From an uncultured Thiotrichales bacterium (GTDB taxonomy: Bacteria; Pseudomonadota; Gammaproteobacteria; UBA4575), in assembly GCA_964486815.1 (NCBI GenBank), contig CAZAOO010000004.1:75371-139370 (forward strand): a stretch of DNA of 64,000 nucleotides. The letters run 5' to 3'. The position numbers were made by a program, and so were the translations under genes. How positions within the stretch are numbered: the stretch's first letter is position 1; each line of letters starts with the position of its first letter. Below the pieces are notes generated by a model. It was not told the origin of the DNA and searched no databases. It worked only from the letters and a program-made list of their open reading frames with translations. Positions 21,188 to 31,197 of the stretch are shown piece after piece.

Positions 21188-24094
21188 ATGCGTCTACCCG
21201 AATCAAAAGGATTGTATCTAGATCGTAGCAAAACGATCTCGTTCACATTCGACGGAAAAACCTATAAAGGTTTTTATGGCGACACCATAGCAAGCGCATT
21301 AGCTGCAAATAATATACAGGTCCTTTCACGTTCTTTTAAATATCACCGACCACGTGGCATTTTAACCATGGCAGGTCGCGATGCCAATTGTCTAGTTCAA
21401 ATTGCTGACGAACCTAGTGCACGTGCAGATACAACCCTCATTTCTCAAGATTTAGAAGTGCAGGCACAAAATGTTTTTGGAAGTCTAAATAATGATTGGG
21501 GTAGATTAATAGAACATTTAGGTAAATTTTTACCGGTAGGATTTTATTATAAAGCATTTTATAAACCAAAAGGCGCTTGGAAATATTGGGACAATATAAT
21601 ACGAAATTTTGCCGGGCTAGGAAAAATTGAGGCAACTGCAAAGCCCTATGCTAGTGATAAAGCTTACCGGTTTTGCGATGTGGCAATTATAGGTGGTGGT
21701 CCTGCTGGATTAAGTGCAGCACTACAAGCTGCAAATGCAGGTGCAGAAGTAATTCTGATTGATGAAAACCCGCTTTTAGGTGGTTCATTAAATTATGCAA
21801 GATTTGATGTAGATGAAAACCAAAATCGCTCTCTGAGAGTTGAATTGATTGCTGCAGTAAATAATCATCCTTCAATTACCCTCTATACAAATGCGTTATG
21901 TAGCGGATGGTTTGCAGATAATTGGCTATCAATAATGTGTGAAAATCGCATGCTCAAGCTACGCGCGCAAGTAGTTGTTGCAGCCACTGGTTCAATAGAA
22001 CAACCGGTAGTATTTCGTAATAATGATTTACCTGGAGTAATGTTAGGTTCTGCAGCACAACGTTTAATACGTTTATATGGTGTTGCACCAGGGAAAAAAG
22101 CCATTGTCCTTACTGGAAACAATGACGGATACGGTGTCGCATTGGATTTAATTGATTGCGGTGTAGCTGTACAGGCTGTAGTAGATATGCGGGCTACAGC
22201 TAGCATAACTTCGTTGATGATTGCAGTTAAAGACAAAAATGTTCAGATTTTACAGGGACATGTTGTATATGAAGCAATACCTGGAGCCGGTAAACGTAGT
22301 ATTACGCATGCTTTAGTAGATCAGATTACTTCAGAAGGAACAACTATAGGTAAGACACAAATAATTGAGTGTGACTTAATTTGTATGTCTGCAGGCTATT
22401 CACCTGCTGCACAATTACTTTGTCATTCTGGTGGTCAACTTGAATATGATGAAAAGGATGCAATTTTAAAAGTAAAACAACTACCAATCCATGGGAAATC
22501 TGTAATTTCAGGCTCAGTAAATTCTGTATTTGAGTTAGAAGCAACACTTAACGATGGCAAACATGCAGGCTGGAGAGCCGCTATGAATGCAGGATTTTCA
22601 GCTGATGAACCTCCAATTTCGAACAAAGATAAAAGTGTTAGCGAACAAAACTACCCGTGGCCAATATTTCCACATCCAAAAGGAAAAGAATTTATCGATT
22701 ATGACGAAGATCTACAAATCAAGGATATTGTGAACGCCGTTAAAGATGGATATGACGATTTAGAGTTAGTAAAGCGCTACTCAACAGTAGTGATGGGCCC
22801 ATCACAAGGAAGATATTCTGCACTTAACAATATGCGTTTAGTTACAAAAGAAACTAAACGAGCATTGCATGGCGTAACACTTACGACGCAGAGGCCTCCA
22901 TTTTCACCGGAATATATTCAACACTTAGCAGGTAAGGCTTTTCAGCCAGTTAAACATACAGCGATACATCACCGCCACATAGAGTATGGCGCGCAAATGA
23001 TGCCTGCAGGTGCATGGCTAAGACCTGCATACTATGGCAGTCCCAACAACAAAGAATACAGTATTGAAAAAGAAAATTTAGCCGTTAGGAATAATGTCGG
23101 CATTGTAGATGTATCAACCTTAGGCAAATTAGAAATTCGAGGACCTGATGCAGCGGAGTTTTTAAACCGTATGTATACGTTTGCTTATTCAAAACAGCCT
23201 AATCTTCGTTCACGCTACGTATTAATGACCGATTCTACTGGCGCGATCATTGATGATGGTGTTGCATGTCGCTTTGATGAACAACACTTTTATGTCACTG
23301 CTACCACCGGTGGCATAGACAGCGTTTATCGGAATATGTTGCGTTGGAATGCAGAGTGGAATCTGAATGTTGATATTGCCAATGTAACTGCAGCTTATGC
23401 TGCAGTAAATTTAGCCGGCCCAAACTCACGCGATGTGCTCACTGGATTAACAAACGATATAGAACTCAGTGCTGAGAAATTTTCCTACATGGAGGTGCGC
23501 AGTGGACACATTGCAAGCATCCCTGCGCGTTTATTACGCGTTGGATTTGTCGGTGAGCTAGGCTACGAAATTCATGTACCTGCCAGTCAAGGCGAAGCAT
23601 TATGGGACGCATTAATACTAGCAGGGAAAAAATATGAAATTTGCCCATTCGGAGTAGAAGCACAACGACTATTACGTCTTGAGAAAGGTCATATAATTAT
23701 TGGTCAAGACACCGATGGCTTAACCATTCCACAAGAAGCCAATATGGATTGGGCAATCGCTAAGAAGAAAGTATTTTTTCACGGCAAACGGGCGATTGAT
23801 GTAATAAATAGGCGCTCTCTCAGTCGTCAGTTAGTGGGATTTACCCTGCCATCTGGCTCACCATTGCCCCAAGAATGTAACCTTGTAATAAAAAATAATG
23901 AAATAACCGGTCGAGTCACTTCTGTTTCACACTCACCCATTCTCAAAAAAATCATCGGTTTAGCATTTGTGTCGCCAGACAGATCTGAAGAAGGTTCGAA
24001 AATTGATATAAAACTATCTAATGCTAATATTGTAAGTGCAACTGTATGCTCAATGCCTTTTTATGATCCAGATAATAAACGCCAAGAAATGTAA
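21188..24094 (+). CDS. mgdC: N-methylglutamate dehydrogenase subunit C (SoxA-like alpha subunit with folate-binding aminomethyltransferase-type C-terminal domain)
   Basis: 968 aa. An N-terminal 2Fe-2S-like/NAD-FAD region with the AIIGGGPAGLSAA motif. A C-terminal GcvT-like domain. Confidence 0.8.
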   Translation: MRLPESKGLYLDRSKTISFTFDGKTYKGFYGDTIASALAANNIQVLSRSFKYHRPRGILTMAGRDANCLVQIADEPSARADTTLISQDLEVQAQNVFGSLNNDWGRLIEHLGKFLPVGFYYKAFYKPKGAWKYWDNIIRNFAGLGKIEATAKPYASDKAYRFCDVAIIGGGPAGLSAALQAANAGAEVILIDENPLLGGSLNYARFDVDENQNRSLRVELIAAVNNHPSITLYTNALCSGWFADNWLSIMCENRMLKLRAQVVVAATGSIEQPVVFRNNDLPGVMLGSAAQRLIRLYGVAPGKKAIVLTGNNDGYGVALDLIDCGVAVQAVVDMRATASITSLMIAVKDKNVQILQGHVVYEAIPGAGKRSITHALVDQITSEGTTIGKTQIIECDLICMSAGYSPAAQLLCHSGGQLEYDEKDAILKVKQLPIHGKSVISGSVNSVFELEATLNDGKHAGWRAAMNAGFSADEPPISNKDKSVSEQNYPWPIFPHPKGKEFIDYDEDLQIKDIVNAVKDGYDDLELVKRYSTVVMGPSQGRYSALNNMRLVTKETKRALHGVTLTTQRPPFSPEYIQHLAGKAFQPVKHTAIHHRHIEYGAQMMPAGAWLRPAYYGSPNNKEYSIEKENLAVRNNVGIVDVSTLGKLEIRGPDAAEFLNRMYTFAYSKQPNLRSRYVLMTDSTGAIIDDGVACRFDEQHFYVTATTGGIDSVYRNMLRWNAEWNLNVDIANVTAAYAAVNLAGPNSRDVLTGLTNDIELSAEKFSYMEVRSGHIASIPARLLRVGFVGELGYEIHVPASQGEALWDALILAGKKYEICPFGVEAQRLLRLEKGHIIIGQDTDGLTIPQEANMDWAIAKKKVFFHGKRAIDVINRRSLSRQLVGFTLPSGSPLPQECNLVIKNNEITGRVTSVSHSPILKKIIGLAFVSPDRSEEGSKIDIKLSNANIVSATVCSMPFYDPDNKRQEM

Positions 24095-24100
24095 TTCACT

Positions 24101-24811
24101 ATGCCTAACAACACAATCACACCAGATAAATTTATACGACGTAGTTTTTTGTATAGAAAATTTGATGAACCTCAAACGACTTGGGAAGAAGTAAATGGCT
24201 ATGCAATAGTTTCTTACGTCAATAATAAAACTAACAATGCTCAAAATTTAGCTTTATGCGATTTAAGCTATTTGCAACGAATAGGTTTTAAAGGCGCTGG
24301 TGCCTGTGATTGGCTAAAGACTCAAAATATAAAAATTCCTAAGGATATAAATACAGCACTGACTACAGCGGATGACTGCATCGTCGCCAGACTTGGAAAC
24401 AACGATATATTGATATTAGACAGTATAAAAAACCAATCTAACGTACCAAAGACTTTAGAACAATCTTGGCAGCAAGACTATTCACAATCCAATAAGCCTC
24501 ACGGATTCATAGTGCCGCGACAAGATAGTCATGCATGTTTTAGTATAAGTGGAGTATGTGTTGCTGAAATGTTTTCGAAATTATGTGCAATTGACCTTCG
24601 TATGACTAAATTTGAAAATAATATGATCGTACAGACTTCTATGGCACGTCTTGGGGCAATCATAATTCGCCACGACTTAAACACACTAACAAATTATCTG
24701 GTATTAGTGGAAAGTGCCTCAGTAGAATATCTCTGGGATTGCATCATTGATGCTATGCAAGAATTCGATGGTCAAATTATTGGAACTTCTGCATTACTTA
24801 AATTAACCTAA
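24101..24811 (+). CDS. mgdD: N-methylglutamate dehydrogenase subunit D (SoxG-like gamma subunit)
   Basis: 236 aa. Assigned by size and position immediately after the SoxA-like gene, with a 6-nt gap. Confidence 0.65.
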   Translation: MPNNTITPDKFIRRSFLYRKFDEPQTTWEEVNGYAIVSYVNNKTNNAQNLALCDLSYLQRIGFKGAGACDWLKTQNIKIPKDINTALTTADDCIVARLGNNDILILDSIKNQSNVPKTLEQSWQQDYSQSNKPHGFIVPRQDSHACFSISGVCVAEMFSKLCAIDLRMTKFENNMIVQTSMARLGAIIIRHDLNTLTNYLVLVESASVEYLWDCIIDAMQEFDGQIIGTSALLKLT

Positions 24812-24935
24812 TAAGTCCTAATACTTATCAGTAGGTACTGTTACTATAATTAACCACTTATTTTATAGGTGTGAAACTATATACTGAATGAATTAATATT
24901 TTGATATTCAAATATTCGCAAAGCTTATTCTAAAG

Positions 24936-26231
24936 ATGGCTATAAATCGACGAGATTTCATAAAAGCCTCCTGTGCAGCTTCAACACTGCTCATTCCAAA
25001 ACTATCTATATCAAGGTCCAGGTCACCCTGGATCACTAAACGTGGCACTATCAAAATAGGTTTACTTTGGTCTTTAACAGGACACCTTAGTGTAATTGAA
25101 AAACCTTCACGAGATGTTGGTCTTTATTGGGCTGATAGTATTAATAAAAATGGTGGGGTCGCAGGCTTCCAAATTGAACCTGTTGTTATCGATGCAAGAT
25201 CTGATATGAAAACTTATCGGGAAGGTATTCAGAACTTGATGTTAAATGAAAATGTTTTGGCAACCTTCGGCGGATACACTTCAGCAAGCCGACGAGCTGT
25301 GATGCCATTAGTAACTTTGAATAATGGCCTCTTCTACTACCCGACTTGCTACGAAGGTAGAGAATGCTGGCAGCATATTATTTGTACCGGTCCTATTGCA
25401 AACCAACATTCTTATGACTTAATCCCTTACATGGTTAAAAACCATGGTCCCAGAGCCTATTTCATAGGGTCAAACTATATCTGGCCAAAAGAATCAAATC
25501 GAAACGCAGAGCGTTGGCTGCATAAAGCCGGTGGCAAACTCACTGGCGAATCATATATGCCACTTGGTCATGGTAATTTTGACCCAATTTTCAAAAAATT
25601 AAAAAAACACCAACCCGATTGGATTTTTTCTACTGTAATTGGAGATTCAGACTTATTTTTTAGAAAAGAGTATATCAAAGCTGGTTTTAGTCCCGATATA
25701 TTACCGACCGCTTCGTTAACAACATCTGAAATGGAAGTGAAACTAATGGGTGTGGAATATGGTGAGGGCCAGATACTTTCCGCACCTTATTTCCAAAGTC
25801 TGAGCAATGAAACTAATCAGCAATTCGTTGACCAGTTCCTAGCAAGCCAATACGGTGGTAGTGGTGTTACTCACTACAACATGGAAGAAACCTATTTAAC
25901 TTTTCTTTATTTTAAGAAAGCTGTTGAACTACTGGTTAATGAAGAAGGTGAATCTGCAATCAACCCTATGATGTTACGACAATACTCAGCTGGCTTAGAA
26001 TTAACAGAGCAAGAATCACCCGAAGGTGCAGTGCATATAGACAATAATAACTATAATAGTTGGCTTACCCCTAAAATTGGAAAGTTTGATGGCAATGGTC
26101 AGATTAAATTATTGTATCAGCAAGGTCATGCCATAGCCCCAGACCCATATATACTCTACCCTCAACGAGGCGAGTGTATGACAACTGGATTACACTTACC
26201 TAATGGCAAAGTAATCAAAGCAGCTTCTTAA
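24936..26231 (+). CDS. Tat-exported UrtA-paralog periplasmic binding protein (type-I PBP; urea/amide family), candidate ligand sensor for the downstream hybrid kinase
   Basis: Twin-arginine signal MAINRRDFIKASCAA. ~55% identity by eye to the bona fide UrtA at 29637 (GLLWS.TG.L.VIE, FGGYTSASRRAV.P, FYYPTCYEGREC, IGSNYIWPKESN, GGGVTHYNMEETYL). It is followed 55 nt later by a hybrid histidine kinase. Confidence 0.75.
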   Translation: MAINRRDFIKASCAASTLLIPKLSISRSRSPWITKRGTIKIGLLWSLTGHLSVIEKPSRDVGLYWADSINKNGGVAGFQIEPVVIDARSDMKTYREGIQNLMLNENVLATFGGYTSASRRAVMPLVTLNNGLFYYPTCYEGRECWQHIICTGPIANQHSYDLIPYMVKNHGPRAYFIGSNYIWPKESNRNAERWLHKAGGKLTGESYMPLGHGNFDPIFKKLKKHQPDWIFSTVIGDSDLFFRKEYIKAGFSPDILPTASLTTSEMEVKLMGVEYGEGQILSAPYFQSLSNETNQQFVDQFLASQYGGSGVTHYNMEETYLTFLYFKKAVELLVNEEGESAINPMMLRQYSAGLELTEQESPEGAVHIDNNNYNSWLTPKIGKFDGNGQIKLLYQQGHAIAPDPYILYPQRGECMTTGLHLPNGKVIKAAS

Positions 26232-26285
26232 TAGCATTCATATTTTTCTATTAAGATTAAATTTTATTTATTTATAAAATTAAAC

Positions 26286-28361
26286 ATGAAAAATACAGTC
26301 AAGAATATTATTAATAAAATGTCTGTTGGACAAAAAGTTCTGACAATAATATTTCTTGAAATTTTCTCTTATTCAGTAGTAACTACAATTGCACTGTCAC
26401 AAATTAGCTTGGTAGGTAATGTAGTTACGCAGACATCAGATCTATATTTACCCCTATTTAACTCATCTGAATCGATTCGACATCAAATACAAGATAGCCG
26501 ATTAAATTTAAAAGATATTATTTTTGTTGGTGACCGTGTAGTTTACGACAAGGAAGCTGAAGAAGCTTACATTGCTGCGCGTGGCCGCTACCAAGAAGCA
26601 AACAGTAAGATCAACGAAGAAATCGACTGGGCTGACAAGTTAATCAGCAAAGCTGCTTCACAAAAAGATAAACAATATAATTTAATCAGAGAATTCAGCC
26701 AGAACTTACTGCGCCAGCTATCTAGCCTTAGACAAGCCGGCCGTATTCATAATGTACGTGCTGAGAAAGTATTTCGACATGTAGAAGACGGTTCGTTCTT
26801 GATGGGAATGGAAATGGTTTCTGATGTCGAGGCAAGTGAAAAAACGCTTATTAATGAATTAGACGCACTTGTTAACGAACTAAGTAATCTTAATGATGCA
26901 TCAGTTGAATATGCAGATAGAGTTGAAAACACCGCATCCAGTTTTACTATACTTGCTTCAATCATCACTATTTGTATAGTTATCACTATTTTTTACTATG
27001 TGGTTAAAAGAAATATATCTGACCCTTTACATGCATTAACCGACACTATTAACTCCATTAGCGCATTACATGATGTTAAGGACTCAGAACAAGAAAAAGA
27101 ACTCATGTCACGCGGAGACGAACTGGGAATGGTAAGCCGAAGCTTCAGCACATTGAAACACGATTTAAGCGCACAAGATAAGAATCTGCGTAATGCAAAA
27201 GAGGAAGCTGAACGAGCAAATCGTGCAAAATCACAATTTCTGGCTGCAGCAAGTCACGACCTCCGCCAACCGCTACATGCAATGCAGATGTACATAACAG
27301 CATTACAACTAAAAATTAAAGACAAACACTTACTTAAGATAGTTTCAGATATCGATGCAGTTTCTATATCAACAGGACGTTTATTAAATTCAATCTTGGA
27401 TGTTTCACAGTTAGAAGCTGGAGCGGTAAAACCTCAAATCGAAGACTTTGCTATACAAGAAGTGTTGCACAGAGTTGCTCGTGGTTTTCGTCCAATGTCT
27501 TACCGTAAAGGAATAGCATTACATATTGTTCCATCAAAAGCATATGTGCGCAGCGATCCTATTCTATTAGAACAAATCATAGGAAACTTTGTTGCCAATG
27601 CCATCCGCTACACAGAAACAGGACGTGTATTATTAGGATGTAGACGTAGAAAAGGAAAACTATCTATTGAAGTTTTGGACACAGGGCCAGGCATACCCTT
27701 ACATCAACGTGATGCAATCTTCGATGATTTTCATCAACTAGATAATAAAGAACGCGATCGAGGCAAGGGACTTGGTCTTGGATTAGCAATAGTTCGGCGA
27801 CTTTCTATATGCCTAGACCATCAAATAGAACATACTTCCAGAGTTAACCAAGGATCACGTTTTGCTGTAATTGTCGAAATGGGTAATCGGCCCGCAAAAA
27901 ACATTCAACCAAGAAGGTATGAAACAACTTTGCTAGATTTAAATAATACTTCGGTATTGTTGATCGAAGATGATGCAATGGTGCTAAATGCAACCAAACA
28001 ACTTCTTGAGTCTTGGGGATGTAATGTAATCTGTGCTAAATCGGCAATAGAAGCAGAACGATTATTGTTTGACCCACAGAAAATTCCGGACATCATTATT
28101 GCTGACTACCGTCTACCAGAGAGTGTTAATGGCGTACAAGCCATTAATAATATTACTACGAAACTAGGCTATCCAATTCCCGCGTTTATTATTACAGGTG
28201 AAGCGAACACCAGCGAAGTTCGTAAAATTGCAGACCACGGTTACCACGTACTATCAAAACCAGTCCATCCTGCAAAATTAAGAGCGCTTATCTCTCATTT
28301 AATTCATGAGCCTAGGGATACTTTATTACCAACAGATCAACTCAAGATATCTGTTTTATGA
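26286..28361 (+). CDS. Hybrid sensor histidine kinase/response regulator with a ~180-aa periplasmic domain
   Basis: Two transmembrane segments bracket a periplasmic region, followed by HAMP-like, HisKA (AAASHDLRQPLHAM), HATPase_c (GLGLGLAIVRRL) and a C-terminal receiver (VLLIEDDAMVL...IIADYRLPE) domain. Confidence 0.85.
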   Translation: MKNTVKNIINKMSVGQKVLTIIFLEIFSYSVVTTIALSQISLVGNVVTQTSDLYLPLFNSSESIRHQIQDSRLNLKDIIFVGDRVVYDKEAEEAYIAARGRYQEANSKINEEIDWADKLISKAASQKDKQYNLIREFSQNLLRQLSSLRQAGRIHNVRAEKVFRHVEDGSFLMGMEMVSDVEASEKTLINELDALVNELSNLNDASVEYADRVENTASSFTILASIITICIVITIFYYVVKRNISDPLHALTDTINSISALHDVKDSEQEKELMSRGDELGMVSRSFSTLKHDLSAQDKNLRNAKEEAERANRAKSQFLAAASHDLRQPLHAMQMYITALQLKIKDKHLLKIVSDIDAVSISTGRLLNSILDVSQLEAGAVKPQIEDFAIQEVLHRVARGFRPMSYRKGIALHIVPSKAYVRSDPILLEQIIGNFVANAIRYTETGRVLLGCRRRKGKLSIEVLDTGPGIPLHQRDAIFDDFHQLDNKERDRGKGLGLGLAIVRRLSICLDHQIEHTSRVNQGSRFAVIVEMGNRPAKNIQPRRYETTLLDLNNTSVLLIEDDAMVLNATKQLLESWGCNVICAKSAIEAERLLFDPQKIPDIIIADYRLPESVNGVQAINNITTKLGYPIPAFIITGEANTSEVRKIADHGYHVLSKPVHPAKLRALISHLIHEPRDTLLPTDQLKISVL

Positions 28362-28441
28362 ATTCTCTTTTTATGAATTCTGGCTCATTGAAGTTTGGAC
28401 AAAAATATAGTCTGAAGCTAGAACATACATCTATCCCAGAT

Positions 28442-29140
28442 TTATGAATATTCTTTATCTCTTTTAAGTTGCGAGTACATGGCCACAGCTTCCGTACGGT
28501 TTTGTACGTTTAAAGTTTTAAAAATGCGAGATGAATGCATTTTAACTGTCCCGACATTTAAACCAAGATCATTTGCAATGTCTCTGTTCGGTTTACCAAG
28601 CGCCATGAGGTCTAATACTTCCAGTTGTCGCGGTGTAAGTTGCGTGTAGCCCTTCTCTAAAGAGCTCCCAAATGATTCTGCTGTGTAAGTTTGCTCAAGT
28701 GCTTGATCATCGCTAGATGAAACTGTCCCTAAAATATGTGGAGGTACATACACTCCACCAGATAAAACCAATTTTATTGCACTCATCATCACTTCTGGTG
28801 ATGATGTTTTAGGTATATAGCCCATTGCGCCCGCAGCCAGAGCGCTACGTATTGCTGCTATATGCTCTCTAACCGAGACTACGATTACGGGTACATCAGG
28901 CCACTCTTTACAAATTTGTTTAATACCTTCCATGCCACTCATACCAGGCATTAAAAGATCCAGCAATAATAAATCTACAGAGTTACCTTCATTTAGAAAG
29001 TCTAAAGTTTGCTTAAAACCACTAGTCTCGACAATTTCTACATTCTCTTGAACTAATTTAACTAATTGAACAAGACCGCCACGTACCAATGCATGATCAT
29101 CTGCTACCACAATTCTAAAAATTGAAGAATCAACACTCAT
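28442..29140 (-). CDS. NarL/FixJ (LuxR-type) response regulator
   Basis: Receiver domain (IVVADDHALVRGGL, LLLLDLLMPGMSG) and a C-terminal LuxR HTH (LTPRQLEVLDLMALGKPNRDIANDLGLNVGTVKMH). It is divergent from urtA. Confidence 0.85.
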   Translation of the reverse strand: MSVDSSIFRIVVADDHALVRGGLVQLVKLVQENVEIVETSGFKQTLDFLNEGNSVDLLLLDLLMPGMSGMEGIKQICKEWPDVPVIVVSVREHIAAIRSALAAGAMGYIPKTSSPEVMMSAIKLVLSGGVYVPPHILGTVSSSDDQALEQTYTAESFGSSLEKGYTQLTPRQLEVLDLMALGKPNRDIANDLGLNVGTVKMHSSRIFKTLNVQNRTEAVAMYSQLKRDKEYS

Positions 29141-29420
29141 AAGAATTCAAATAATTACTCTTGTTTTTATAGCCTTTAGCCAACAATTAATTCTGTTTGC
29201 TGCCTATTCAAGTAAATAAGCACAAGGAATTATGTACAATAATAAGCAAAGAAATTGAATGCAATACATTTCTCAAGTAATTGAATAATAGATAATTTTA
29301 AATACTCTCATCCTAAACTTAAGCAGAAATCTATTTGTAATGATGACTGTTTTACCAATATCTTAATTCACACACATATCAGTATTAACGTGATTTGCCA
29401 TTATGACAGATACGTAAGGC

Positions 29421-29492
29421 TATATGTATTGACCCAGTTGCCTATATATGATTCACTATATGCCATAAGTCTATATACTTATGACCGTGTCC
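29421..29492. promoter_or_regulatory. Conserved promoter/operator block upstream of urtA; TTGACC...ATATATGATTCACT...GCCATAAGT-N6-ACTTATGAC
   Basis: The sequence tattgacccagttgcctatatatgattcactatatgccataagtctatatacttatgacc is re-found with few changes upstream of dmfA1 (34865-34935). The palindromic core is shared with 50748-50782. Confidence 0.4.
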
Positions 29493-29636
29493 TTAAAAAT
29501 TTTTTTGAGGCACAACAAACATTCGATTCTAACAACTCTGAGATTGGCATCCGAGACGCTCTGCGCATACTTAACCAGTAGCAACAAACCACGTGAGGCT
29601 TTATTGCTGGCCGCCACTCAAACGTAAGGAGAATTT

Positions 29637-30971
29637 ATGAAGAAAAACAAGCCTATTAGTAATAAACGAAGAGCGATCCTCAAAGGTTCGGCTGCAGGCG
29701 TTACTGCAGCGGCTTTAGGATTCCCATCGTTTTTTGTTAAAAACGCATCCGCTGCTACACCTTGGATAAAGAAGGGTGATAAAACCATTAAAGTAGGCTT
29801 ACTTTGGTCTACAACTGGAAATTTAGCGGTTATTGAAAACGACTCAACTCAAGTTGCTCTATATGCAATCGATGAAATCAATGCCGCGGGGGGGGTTGCT
29901 GGAAAAATGATTGAACCCATCGTTATTGATGCTAAATCAGACATAAAAGTCTATTCAGAAAAAATAAGTCAGTTGATCTTAAAAGATCGCGTAATTTCAA
30001 CCTTCGGTGGCTACACATCAGCAAGTCGTCGTGCAGTTGCACCGATTGTAATGGCACGCGATCATCTTTTCTACTACCCAACCTGCTATGAGGGTCGCGA
30101 ATGCACACAAAACATTATTAACACTGGGCCGTTAGCAAACCAACATTCACAAGACCTTATTCCATTCATGGTGAAGGAATTTGGCCCTAAATGTTATTTA
30201 ATTGGTTCCAACTACATTTGGCCAAAAGAGTCCAATAAAAATGCCAAAGTGTGGTTAGAACGTGCAGGTGGTGAAATAGTAGGTGAAGATTATGTACCGC
30301 TTGGTGGTTCAGAATTCATACCAGTTTTCAATAAAGTACGTCAAGCCAAGCCAGACTTTATCTTCTCAACAGTTGTAGGTGATTCAGATATCGCTATGCA
30401 CAAACAATTCTTACAAGAAGGCTTTAAGTCCGACAAACTCCCTATTGCTGCACTTACAACAGGGGAGATTGAAATACGCGCTATGGGTGCCGAAGCTGGT
30501 GCTGGACATTTCCTTTCTGCACCTTATTTCCAAACTCTGGACAACCCTACTAATCAGAAATTTGTAGAAGGTTATCTAGGTAGTAAATATGGTGGTGGAG
30601 GTGTAACCCATTACAATATGGAAGAAACATATCTATCGCTATATGTATGGAAGTATGGTTTAGAGAAGGCGTTAAAAGAAACCGGCAATATCGAAGACAT
30701 TACTCCACGTATGATTCGTGATGTTTCTGGCGGCATAAGAGTTGAAGACGATGTTTCTCCAGAAGGCTTGATTTGGATTGATCCTGACAACTTCAATACT
30801 TGGCTTAAACCAAAAATAGGTCAATGTGGATCAGACGGTCAATTCAAGATAGTAAAAGCTGCTGATGAGCATGTTGCACCGGATCCGATGTCAATCTATC
30901 CAGAACGAGGCGTATGCAAGGCAGATGGTTTACATACACCGGACGGAGAAATTAAAACCAACGTGCTTTAA
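29637..30971 (+). CDS. urtA: Urea ABC transporter substrate-binding protein
   Basis: 444 aa type-I PBP with a Sec/Tat-like signal (RRAILKGSAAGV). It is followed by the urtBCDE permease and ATPase genes. Confidence 0.9.
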   Translation: MKKNKPISNKRRAILKGSAAGVTAAALGFPSFFVKNASAATPWIKKGDKTIKVGLLWSTTGNLAVIENDSTQVALYAIDEINAAGGVAGKMIEPIVIDAKSDIKVYSEKISQLILKDRVISTFGGYTSASRRAVAPIVMARDHLFYYPTCYEGRECTQNIINTGPLANQHSQDLIPFMVKEFGPKCYLIGSNYIWPKESNKNAKVWLERAGGEIVGEDYVPLGGSEFIPVFNKVRQAKPDFIFSTVVGDSDIAMHKQFLQEGFKSDKLPIAALTTGEIEIRAMGAEAGAGHFLSAPYFQTLDNPTNQKFVEGYLGSKYGGGGVTHYNMEETYLSLYVWKYGLEKALKETGNIEDITPRMIRDVSGGIRVEDDVSPEGLIWIDPDNFNTWLKPKIGQCGSDGQFKIVKAADEHVAPDPMSIYPERGVCKADGLHTPDGEIKTNVL

Positions 30972-31197
30972 ATTTAAGCTTGATTCGTGTGAGTAGCAAC
31001 TTAGGCATACATGCTGAAGTCGTTACTCACTTCGAGCAAGAATTTGCTAATAAACGTTAGCTTTTTAGGTCGTTAGTTTGAGCACATAAAAGAATAGTAA
31101 CTACCTGTGTATGCATTATAAAAATAATGTTTATAAAACTAAAAAATGCTAATTGCAGTTATGCCCTAACAGGTAAATTCAAGGAGAAGATTAGTTA

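Noticed and set aside
29390-29581. 63-aa ORF in the LuxR-regulator/urtA divergent intergenic region.
   Set aside because: It lies across the conserved promoter/operator block and has no RBS. The region is better explained as regulatory DNA.
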